Of a stretch of DNA of 64,000 nucleotides, positions 38,260-48,363 are shown piece by piece. Position 1 is the stretch's first letter; each line of letters starts with the position of its first letter. A program made the translations under genes and the position numbers. Below the pieces are notes generated by a model. That model was not told where the DNA came from, made no database searches, and was given only the letters and a program-made list of their open reading frames with translations. The DNA comes from Daphnia carinata (Eukaryota), in the NCBI RefSeq assembly GCF_022539665.2, contig NC_081332.1:2418001-2482000 (forward strand), read 5' to 3'.

Positions 38260-39450
38260 TTCCTTTTCGTTTTTTTTCTTTTTTATCCTGGGCCAGCTGC
38301 GACGTGTGTGACGTTGAAGAAGCACGGCGACTGACTGAGAAGGCTTCTGGTGTTTGCTCGACTCGGGTTGGTTGGCTGCTTGGCCGCCCTTTTGGTGAGT
38401 GGGGTGTGTTCCTCCTCCGCCCTGAGGGTATACGTATGCATGGGGAATGGGAGGCCTGTACAGCACATCATCAGGTCACGCAGCTCCTAGAAGGAGGAAG
38501 AGATCCCTTTTGGCAAACTTTGTTTTTTTTTTTCGCCCTTTTTCTTTTTCTCTCCTATGCGACAGTCTGCGGAGAAAGACCTTGAAAGATAATCGTCCTC
38601 AACCTCTTCTCGACATCTAATTTAGTCCGACATTTAATTGAATTAAAATGTGTTTTTTTTTTTTTTTAGTTGTGGGCACTTGAGTCTTTTATTTTTTCAG
38701 GGAACCACTTGAGAAAAGAGATTTTTCCCGTACGAAAGAAAGGTAAGCTCGGCCGCTAGATGGTTCTGTGGCGGAACCCAGGTGATTTTACGTCTCTTTC
38801 GTCTGCTGTCCACCGTGTGTTGTACACCTAAATGAATTCGTCTGCAAAACGCGTTTCGTAATGGATTAGCGAAAATTGTATTTTTTTTTTTGGGGGGGGG
38901 GGGGGGTGAACAAGAGGCAGAATAGCACACACACAATTTTTTTTTCCCTCTCATTTCCCCCTCGAGTTATAATGAACTAGACACAAAGCACGGATGCTAC
39001 AATCAAGATGCTAAATAAAAAGGTGGATAGCATGTGGTCAATAAAAGTAAAAACATATATATAATCGTTAATATTTTGTAGAATGGCTTGACTTGTTGCA
39101 TCGGTAGTCACCAAAACAATTACTGCAAAAGGCACCGTGTCTTTGTCTGTCCGAAATTACAGGTTTTTAACACATTTCAAGTTATATTAAAAAAAAAAAA
39201 AAAAGCCGTGCGTGATTGATTGTATGAATATTTCTTCGAGATTCGACACTCCAAGGGCCTAGAATTGAACGGGATAATTCTAGGTTACAATAGAATTTAA
39301 AAAAAAAGAAAAGAAAAAGGCACGTCTCACCAGGGGGGGGGGGGGGGGGGGGCGGGGGTGACACATTGTTAATTGACCAAATTTCGGGGTTAGTTCCCAA
39401 CAAGTGGCTGTCATAGCGAGGAAGAGTTTCTTTTTTTTTTCCCCCCCAAA
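34270..39450. repeat. Microsatellite- and homopolymer-rich upstream/regulatory region: (GA)n, (CA)n/(TG)n, poly-A/T, poly-G/C
   Basis: Numerous tracts, e.g. (GA)n 34499-34523 and 36960-37003, (CA)n 36800-36826 and 37656-37686, poly-G 39333-39352. These produce the many spurious CV/HT/RE ORFs. Confidence 0.9.
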
Positions 39451-39635
39451 AAAAAAAAGAGAATCGTGAAACGAAAGAATGGTGAAAAAACGCAGATATT
39501 AATTAGATTATCTTATGCCCGTTAACACCACGTGAAAACGAACAGGGTTTTTTTTTTTTTTTAAGGAAATAGAAGAGAGAACGCGGAAGCTTGATTAAAA
39601 ATGCGATGGCGGCGAGAAAATCTCCAAGGTTTTCT

Positions 39636-42600
39636 CTAGGACCAGCCGCCCGTCAATTTGTGGAAGAGCTCTTCGTTGAGAGTTTGGTTGGCTTCTTTGG
39701 AGCGCATTGACAAAAAGATGTAACCACCGATGAATTCGTGAACAACTTTGCAGTCGGCCGATAAACAGCTAAAGATGACGTTTTCTTCTTCAAATTGTAC
39801 CATCATGTGTTTCACCTCCCAGTTGACGTTCCAGGCCTAGTCGTCAACACGAAATGCATTTATTTCGGATTTTAAGTGCGGTAGAATAAAAATGAAGTAC
39901 CTTCATAGTGTTGAAGCGCCATGTTTTGATGTGATCGCCCGTCGTCATGTCCATCCGCATCAATCGATTAAAGGCCACGCCCAGCAGTTCCTCTTTACGC
40001 TGGCCCATGAATTTGACGACAAACAGCGAGACGCCGTACTCGGGCAACGATTGCCAAGCTAGTCGATGAAAAATTATAATACAATTCGTTATTGAAACGG
40101 AATACAATTCAATTCTTTGAATTTTGCATACCTTTAATATAATTCAATTTGGCCTCGGTTAGCGTCAAGTCTTTGACGTTGGTGTGTGCTTCCAGGATCC
40201 GCGTCGATACCTGGGAAATGACACATTTCATAGTTGGATTATAATTGTTTTTGAAAATATTTCGAATTTCTTTTTTTTTTTTTTTTTTTTTTCAGGCAGG
40301 CAAAGAAAAAAAAAAAAAGCTCAAAAAAGCTAATGGATAAGGTGCATTCCGTGCGATCGTCTAAAATTTCGTGCTGGGTGAGGGCGAATCGAGGTTACCG
40401 ATTTATCAGCCTGCGTTCCAGTGCACCCAGCGCACGACTTTAGTTTTTATTTGTTTTGTTTTAAAGGAGATTTTTGTTTTTGTTTTTAAATGTTTTGTGT
40501 TATGGAAGAAAAATCATTTAAAAAATCGATACGAAATCCTGACTTTGAAGTTGATGTGTTACCTTATTTTTGAGTTTACGGATGAAACGGGGAGCGACAT
40601 AATCATCTGGCTGGATGTCCAGTGATGACGGATTAATGGCCGGTGCTGGAGCTGGCTTCTGCATTGCCAAGAAGGCTAAAATCGACTTGACTTCGGCGTC
40701 GTACGAAGCGTCGGCCATCGTTTTACCTTTGGCCGCCAGACGGCAGGCCGCCATCCATTTGGCGTATTGTGCTTCCTGTTCAACACACCCCGTGAAAGAA
40801 CAAACATCCCCAGAAAAAAAATAAAAATAAAATAAAAGTTAAAATTAACATTTTTAAACAACACGATGAGTCAAAATGAGCGCTTACGGAATCGCACCGG
40901 ATCCACATTTCGGACATACCATCCGGTCCAGGCACTTCCAACCGGATGCCAAATTTATCTTGCGACAGATTGACATCCGGCGTGACTTCGCAACCTCGTA
41001 ATGGGATTTGGTGAGCCGGTCCCGAACCCGAATCTCCTCGATTCTTGAACGCAAATAGTTGCAAGTCCTTACAGACGAACCAATAACGTTTAAACCCCTT
41101 CAATGTGAAACGCTTTGGCCTTTTTCACGAATGAAAAATGAATATTTTTTTTTTTTTTTTTTTAATAAAATGCATTTTAAGTGATATCTAAAAAAAAACA
41201 AAAAAAAACAAATGAATTACTTCATGTAACGAAGGTAATCTGATAACTCTGGTATGGAAGTGATGTCACTGGCATTGCTGTGAACGTGCGTCCCTTCCAG
41301 CGTGTCCTGGAGATCGCTGAGGGCGGCGTCGATGTCGTCGTCGCCGTCACGAGCCTCGCTCAAAGGCTGCGGGCGTGCGCTTTGTAAGTTAATTTGAAGT
41401 TGAAGAGCTCCAAACATGAGCATCTCTTCTTCGGTGCAATCAATTTCTTCGTTAAGTAATTGCCATTTGGCTTGCTCATAAATTTGATTGATGCGAACAG
41501 CGTCGTATTTCGGATTCAAATCGTAGAAAGAGTAAAACTTGTAGCGTAACAACAAAGTGCTGTACTCTCTGACTCCCTGCTCCATAATGGACAAGGAAGA
41601 ATCCAACCAACTGCATTTAAAAAAACAAAAAACAAAAACAAACAAAAGAAACAGATTAATGAAACCCCAATTCCTTGATCTTGTTTTGTTTTCATCTTTG
41701 GAATAATATAGGAAAACTTACGCCACATTAAGACGGGCACGCTCAATCAGATTTTTGGGTCGCAGAAGTTTAGATCTTGCCTCTTGACTGGGCGTGGCCG
41801 GACTGAGAGCCAGAGACATATCCAAATTAGAAAAACTGCCATTGGCCGTAGTGTTGAGGCTGTTGTTGGCCGTCAAGTCAAAGATGGATGGCGTCATATT
41901 GTGCCCGTTGCTACCCGGCGTTGAATAAGGTGAATTTTTTCTCCACGTGCCCGACTGATGGGTGATATTATAATGATGATTAGTGCTATTATCACAATGC
42001 GAAAGAAAAGAACATTGAAAAAAAAAAAAAAAAAGACAACATAGATGCAAGACTAACATTAACTGGCGAGCTGATGGGCGTGGGGACAGGAGCAGGGGAC
42101 CGATTGATGGTCGTGTTGGGCAGGACGGGTGTACATCCGGAGGTGGCCTTAATGTTGTCCAGACTGTTGTTGGAACTGTGAGTCGAATTGCCGTGATGTC
42201 CGATAAAAGTATTGGTATCAGCCGAATTGTTGGCTACAGATCTCTTCTTGTGCGAGTTCGTTTCGCGTTCGCGATAATTGTAACGCAAATCGTCCGATTC
42301 CAACGGTTTGGCGAAAGACAATTCTTCCGGATGTCTGATGCCGAGCTCCTTGCACAGCGTGACGACGGCATTGAACGTTTTCACGCTGAAATCAACGCGG
42401 CAGTCCAAGTAGCGCAAATCGGGCAGCTGGACGCGAAGCGTTTTGTGCATGGGCGTGAAATGCAATATGGCATCCGCTTGGACGCCATACTGGTCCAGCG
42501 TCGAACGGGTCCGCGATAGCCAGCAGTTTCGCGTGGGCCACCAAAGCGCGTGATCCGACCAATCAGCCGCAATATCTAAACGAGATAAGATTATTTTGAA

Positions 42601-43518
42601 AAACCCACTTATTTTTTATTTCCAGGTTTCACAAATGTTTGATGTCGCAAACATCCATTAACGTTGGTCGCGTGGCATTGGGCGTGAAATTACACACTCA
42701 GGTGGTATGTGTGAGCGTGTACGTCTATATGGGGCGGATATGAAATGGGTCATGGTGGCCAAAAATGGGCGTCGTTCTGAATAATTTTTTTTTTTTTTTT
42801 TTTTTAAATCAGAGACGTTCGTGGTAAAAAATTATCCGGATGTTGCCGAACCGCGATACGAGTACGCAACCTCATGGTTCCAACTTTCGATTTGTGTGTG
42901 TGTTTAAAAATAAACATTCAAGTGATCCTTGACGTGATGAGAATACCAATCACCAGCATTCCAATCACCGCCCTATTTACTTATCCAGACAAGCCTTTGC
43001 CAAAGGCAAAAATCAAAGAGAGAGCGCGCAACCTTTCAAGGATTTGTTGAATTTTTTTATTTGTTTTTTTTTTTTTTGGACTTTTATATGCTGAGATTTC
43101 AAGAGATCCCATTGTACGAGTGACGCGAGGGGTGGCTATTTTTAAATACCGCCTTTTTTTTTTCTCTCTCTCTCTTCTGTCTGCACTGGAACTAGCAGTA
43201 GGCGGCGGAAGAACTCATTTTCAGATGTGGACAAGATGGCTTCCAACGTGATGTCTTTTAAATCCAAGCATAAACAAGAGGAGTCTAAAGTTGGGGCGTG
43301 ATGATGTCAGCCTTTTCGAATCCAAATATGGGCACACACGAAAATGCAACAATAATAAACACGAACATCATCATACCTAATTCTTCGACGAGACGGAGCA
43401 TAACACCACCAATATGCAGATCACCTTTGACCCGTAAACATCGTTCCACGGCCAAGTCCGTCACCAACACTTTCAATTCCCAACTACCATCACCGACCAG
43501 ATGTCCGTCGGCAATCAT
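39636..43518 (-). CDS. FERMT: Kindlin / fermitin (UNC-112-related FERM-PH protein), 9 constitutive coding exons
   Basis: [15 protein letters not shown]...[41 protein letters not shown] domain [10 protein letters not shown]...[41 protein letters not shown]...FHKLTGGWS*. Confidence 0.97.
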
Positions 43519-43926
43519 CTTGAAAGAATGTTTTTTTTTTCTTGCAAGTCAGTTAGGGGCACCTGTAGCTCAGAGCACCAAACAATAATTTCCAAGAGAG
43601 AGGCGATGCCGTCCGTGACCAAACATGGGCAACACAAACGGGGCAACCCACACAACCCTTTCTTCTCACACACACGCACACACACAAACTGCTGGCAGAT
43701 GGCTTGTTGTTACGATGATTGTGACCAAATCATTCAATCACAAGACGACATCTTAACACATCGAACGTGATAACACTAACAGGGGCGCAAATCCACCCTT
43801 TAGTATAAATGGTGATTTAATATAAACAGATGCTACTAGATCGAACTAACTTCACGAGACCTCCACCTCGTTGTGAGAGTCGTGGAAGTAACGCCTCTAA
43901 ACTAAAGAGTGTGGCTTAGAGAAACG

Positions 43927-44898
43927 GAGATGGGACACGGGATAGGAAAAGCCATGACGCATTTCGAAACACCATCTAACGGCTAATTCTCTCCCTTCTT
44001 CATGCAGACACAATTTTAAAATTTTCCTAATGTCACCCTGCTTACTACAGGCTTACAATGTGTTTCTGTTGTTTGTGTAAAACGTACATTAAAAACGTAC
44101 AATTCTGAAATAAAATCAACTCTCAGTGAAATTTCTTTTACAGATTTTTGTATAATGTAAATTTAGTTACCTAGTTACTTTTCGAATTTCTTCAGACATA
44201 TTTTGACTGAACAGTTTGATATAGGTTAAACATCTTATTTTGAAAAATCTGTAAGCAACAAATTCGACCAGGTAGTTAACAATATCCTATTCCTCTTTAT
44301 GCTGTTCTCGGGGTCCTTCTGTTTCGGTATGTGTCTAAAGCTATTTGGATTAGGTTTACTATGAGCTAATGTATTCGATTTTTTTGCCGACGAGTCCAAG
44401 TTAACAAAGCGGGATCAAAGTAAAGAGAGTACAAAACAGAAGTTTTTGAAGGCTTAAATCTAGGCGCACAATGTTTCGGCCAGATAATTAGTCGCAGAGC
44501 GTCATTAGGAATCTTCTGAAACGAAACTGGTTGATCACTTCTCTTCGAATTGCAGTTAAAGGCACTACAGTTGGGAGGCATTTGCCCATTTTTACACAAA
44601 GAGATGAAGAAAAACACATCTAGAACTACTGAGAAGCTGAGGCCGTGTATTTCGCAGGGTAAAATTCGATAAAATGCTAACAGGTACCGTGGAGGTGTGT
44701 GTGTGTTCATCGCCCTCCATGTTATTAGTCACAGAACTTTCATTGTGTGTTCTTATCGGGCGAATTGGCCGACTTTCTGTACTCATGTTCGAATCAGCCG
44801 CCTGGCACATTTCGTCTGCTAGTAGTGAAGGGAGCGAATTAGCCGCTAGATGTTGTGCTGAGGTGTCATTGCGGCTTAACACGGTCGTGTCCCATCTC
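43927..44898 (-). mobile_element. Decayed ~970-bp putative DNA transposon: diverged inverted repeats flanking a THAP-domain remnant
   Basis: 43927-44009 matches the reverse complement of 44814-44898 (GAGATGGGACACG identical; CATCTA.CGGCTAATTC.CTCCCTTC 24/26; GCAGAC). A THAP-like ORF lies inside. No transposase catalytic domain or TSD was identified. Confidence 0.6.
44366..44581 (-). pseudogene. Degenerate THAP domain
   Basis: MPPNCSAFNCNSKRSDQPVSFQKIPND..R...W......FKPSKTSVLYSLYFD follows the THAP pattern. The third and fourth zinc ligands (normally LCSxHF) are both Tyr (TAC, one substitution from TGC/CAC), and the frame stops before the AVPT motif. Confidence 0.7.
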
Positions 44899-45255
44899 TT
44901 ATTTTTTTCCTTTGCCGACTTTTGTTATCGGTTGGAAAGGTAATCGATTATTCGACCTCGTAAAACTGAATAACAAAATCTGTCAACATAGGATAGAAAT
45001 GATTATATGGTGTTATCAAACCTATCGTCAATTTATTTATTATTTTATTGACTGATAAAACATTTAGTATCAACTATATTATATGTATTAACTAAAGACC
45101 TTGTACTAGAATCATATCAGCATCCATCAGGTGGCAGCAGAGTTGTTAAATATTTACAATTGTAAACAAATTCTATCCCAAGCTATTTGCTCAAAAAATT
45201 TCAAGCTTTACTGAAGGTACGATAGCACTTTATCCCTCCACGATAATTTGTTTCT

Positions 45256-46239
45256 ATGTGGCGGTGTGTTCAAGTTGTTAATCTGAGAGTGCTGGTCGCT
45301 AGGTCGGTACGACTTATTCATCAGCAATGCATCGTCTACGCTCAGGAACTAAAAGAAAGGGGCATCGTTAAAGTTTCTGGAAAAGATGCCGGTCCATTCC
45401 TTCAGGGTCTTATGACCAATGACATAAAACATTTGGATGAAAAAAACAAGTACAGCATGTACTGCATGTTCCTTAATACACAAGGTAGAATTCTCTATGA
45501 TGCCATAATTTACTCCCCAAATGAATCAGGAAGTTACCTGATCGAATGTGACACAGAGTGTTTGCAACCTCTAGTCAAACATCTCTCCATGTTCAGAGTA
45601 AGAAGGAAGATTACAGTGACTGTGGAAGAAAAGCTGAGGCCTTGGGTGCTCTTTGATCAACCTCCCGAAGATCTGAGCAAAGAAGTTATCTTGTCCAAAG
45701 ATCCCAGGGTTAAAGAACTGGGCTGGCGAGTTTTGATAGATTCCAACACAAGTGTTAGTCAACTTATCAAGAATCTATGTGTGGAAGAGAGAGATCGATA
45801 TGCTGAACTCAGATACCAACTTGGAATAGGAGAGGGCCATAAAGACATGCCTCCAGGCACATGTTTTCCACTTGAATATAACTGTGATTACCTACATGGT
45901 GTCAGTTTCCATAAAGGCTGCTACTTGGGTCAAGAACTCACAGCCAGAACGTATCACACAGGTGTGATCAGGAAACGTCTGATGCCCGTGGTCTTCCAAC
46001 AACCTCACAACCCTGTCCATTCAGAAACTACCGTAACTGACGAAAATGGAAGCAGAGTGGGTAAACTCCGAGGATACCTTAATGGGACAATTTACGGTAT
46101 TGGCCTTTTACGAATTCAACAGGCTCTGTCGGCTTCTCAGCTGAAAATTGGAACGAACTCAATTAACACTCACCGACCGACTTGGTGGCCTATAGAAGCG
46201 CCCAAAGACCGCACCCAGCTCGATTCTAGCTCATTATAG
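45256..46239 (+). CDS. IBA57: Mitochondrial Fe-S assembly factor IBA57 (CAF17/YgfZ family), intronless
   Basis: 327-aa ORF with an Arg-rich presequence, RGIVKVSGKDAGPFLQGLMTND, FLNTQGRILYD and the family signature SFHKGCYLGQELTART. Confidence 0.96.
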   Translation: MWRCVQVVNLRVLVARSVRLIHQQCIVYAQELKERGIVKVSGKDAGPFLQGLMTNDIKHLDEKNKYSMYCMFLNTQGRILYDAIIYSPNESGSYLIECDTECLQPLVKHLSMFRVRRKITVTVEEKLRPWVLFDQPPEDLSKEVILSKDPRVKELGWRVLIDSNTSVSQLIKNLCVEERDRYAELRYQLGIGEGHKDMPPGTCFPLEYNCDYLHGVSFHKGCYLGQELTARTYHTGVIRKRLMPVVFQQPHNPVHSETTVTDENGSRVGKLRGYLNGTIYGIGLLRIQQALSASQLKIGTNSINTHRPTWWPIEAPKDRTQLDSSSL

Positions 46240-46335
46240 ACAAACATAAGCAAATTGTGGTTTTCTATGTTAGATTTTAGATTATTACAATACAACGTTG
46301 CTCTATGTCCCTTTTCCATTTTCACTTATTCGTAG

Positions 46336-46770
46336 ATGGAGAGCATTGATCCAGTGAAGCAGGAACCGATTGAATGCCATAGTGAGATCGGTGGTCTTTC
46401 TCCTGTCGAAATCGTGAAACCAAAAGAAGAAAAGAAACCAGAACAAACAGAAGAAGGTGGTCAATTTCAGTGTGCCTTGTGTGGCTGGTCAGAACGATAC
46501 CACGGTCACGGTACAAGTCTCCCTTTCGCCCGCGGAATTGTGTTCAACGAGGACGCATACGCCATGCGTGATCCATTTGTTCCATATGGCCAAAACCTCT
46601 ACTTTTTTCTTGGAGCACCTTGTTCAATATGCAAACGACTAGTCTGTGCTAATTGTAGCCTATTCTACTCTAAACGTTTCTGTCGCGAATGCGCCTTAGA
46701 AAATGTTCTTCACTTTCCCGCCGAAGTACAGAAAAAAATTTACGAATTAGAAACGAATAAAAGCCAATGA
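46336..46770 (+). CDS. CDPF1: Cysteine-rich DPF motif domain-containing protein 1
   Basis: 144-aa ORF: FQCALC...EDAYAMRDPF...LGAPCSICKRLVC..CSLFYSKRFCREC...FPAEVQ. Confidence 0.9.
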   Translation: MESIDPVKQEPIECHSEIGGLSPVEIVKPKEEKKPEQTEEGGQFQCALCGWSERYHGHGTSLPFARGIVFNEDAYAMRDPFVPYGQNLYFFLGAPCSICKRLVCANCSLFYSKRFCRECALENVLHFPAEVQKKIYELETNKSQ

Positions 46771-46801
46771 TGCAGGGTAGAAAAAACATCCGTCATTGTA
46801 A

Positions 46802-48244
46802 TTATTTCTTGTTAACAAAAGCCAATTTGGCGGCAATAACTTTCTTTCGATGTTCTTCCTTATTTCTTTTCACTGCCTTGCCAGTTTTTACGACCTAAGG
46901 TAGGACGAATGGGGGAGAAAGTTAGACATTTCTTAATTTTTAAAATGTCGTTATAAATAAGCAATACCTTGACACTGTTAGTACCAGTCGTTTCACCGGC
47001 AAACGAATTTACTTTGGCAGCCTTGTGATACGATTCCTTATTGCGTTTCTTCATTTTCGTGATCCAACCGGAACCTTTCTTCCTTTCTTCTTGCATTTCT
47101 TTATTTTTAATCCGTTTATAGGCACCTGATTCTTTGCTATTTTCTTTTTCTTTGCCCGCAGTCTTTTCTTCGGCTTTGAAAGGTTTAGGGTTCTTTTTGC
47201 ATCGTGATACTCGAATAGGTCGGTCGTTTAAGATTGACTGGTCTAATTTCAACGCTAATTCCACGGAATCGGCACTCTAGAAAAACAAGAATTTCTAGTT
47301 ACTCATTTCAAAATTTAAATAAAATTAAGTAAATTTAATTTAATGTTTACCTCGAAGTTGACGTAGCCGAATCCTTTGCCCATTCCATTGGTTCTGTCCC
47401 GGATGACTCGGACGTCACTGATTTTACCACATTCTCCAAAATGAAGCCAGAGAGCTTCATCTGCAATATCAAAGGTAAGATTGCCGACAAAGATTCCAAG
47501 GCCAAGTTGCTTTTTAATATTGGCATCTGCGAGGAGGCTCACAGCAATATGACGTTCTTGAAACTCACACCCCGTCATTGAAAGAGCTTGTTTAGCCGAT
47601 TCGTTCGTCTCGAATCGGATGAAGGCTGAAATGGATTGTCGATTTGGGTGAAATTCTTGTTTGATAACAGCCACTTTTTTTGGCATGGCAGGATCAGCTA
47701 ATGCAGCACACCTTAGCCAAACAGCATCAATTTTCCCACATTTGGCAAAAAAGTGATGTACAGTTTTTCTTTTAATTTTGATGGGCAAGTTTTTCACAAG
47801 AACCACCCTATTGCTATCTTCCTTTGTTTCTCCTTTCTTTTCCAAGTACTTTTTTACATTCTTAAGTTCATTCTTTTTCAGTTTTCTACTAAGTTTGTCA
47901 GATTCTTCCTCCTCATTGTCCATGTCGTCGTCATCATCCTCTGGCCCAGGATCTAATATTTTTTCTACCTCATCTTCATCCAGTTCTTTTATATTTTTTG
48001 TTTTCTTTAAGCTTGGAAAATTTGATATGGCATATTGATCAGCCTGTCTTTTGCTTTTTTTTACCTTTTTGATGGTCTCTTTGGGTATAGGGACGTTGGC
48101 TACGACTGTGTTTGCCGTAGAATTTGAACTAGCGAAAAGTTGATCAAGAACTTGTTGATTTTTCTGCAACGACGTCTTCTTGTTGGATACATCTGATTTT
48201 TGGCTGACAAAATTGGCCACCGAGCCAATTTCATAATGTGTCAT
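46802..48244 (-). CDS. RBM34: RNA-binding protein 34 (Nop12-like, two RRMs), 3 exons
   Basis: Lys/acidic N-terminus; RRM1 VLVKNLP...CGKIDAVWLR; RRM2 IFVGNL and KGFGYVNF; basic tail; stop TAA at 46804-46802. Confidence 0.88.
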
Positions 48245-48363
48245 CTTAAAACTAAAACAAGAAATATCAATTTGTCAAAATTCACAAACATACACGTGCC
48301 GAACGAAGTAATCGTCTGCTGAGCGGTGGCTACCTTCGGTTACTATGGTAACTAAGTTGAAAA
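48245..48363. promoter_or_regulatory. Compact bidirectional promoter shared by RBM34 and MTIF2
   Basis: Only 119 nt separate the divergent ATGs; TATA-less; contains an E-box CACGTG. Confidence 0.7.

Noticed and set aside
39333..39358. Poly-G tracts (also ~25623, ~26927, ~38892) as functional G-quadruplexes
   Set aside because: Homopolymers of all four bases are abundant here and their lengths are error-prone; nothing singles these out.
34328..39403. Dozens of 60-190 aa ORFs rich in CV, HT, RE, SL, F and K runs
   Set aside because: Translations of dinucleotide microsatellites and homopolymers.
44592..44882. 96-aa minus-strand ORF as an N-terminal exon of the THAP protein
   Set aside because: Starts at GTG inside the inverted repeat. 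THAP domains are normally N-terminal, and no clean in-frame splice to 44581 was found.
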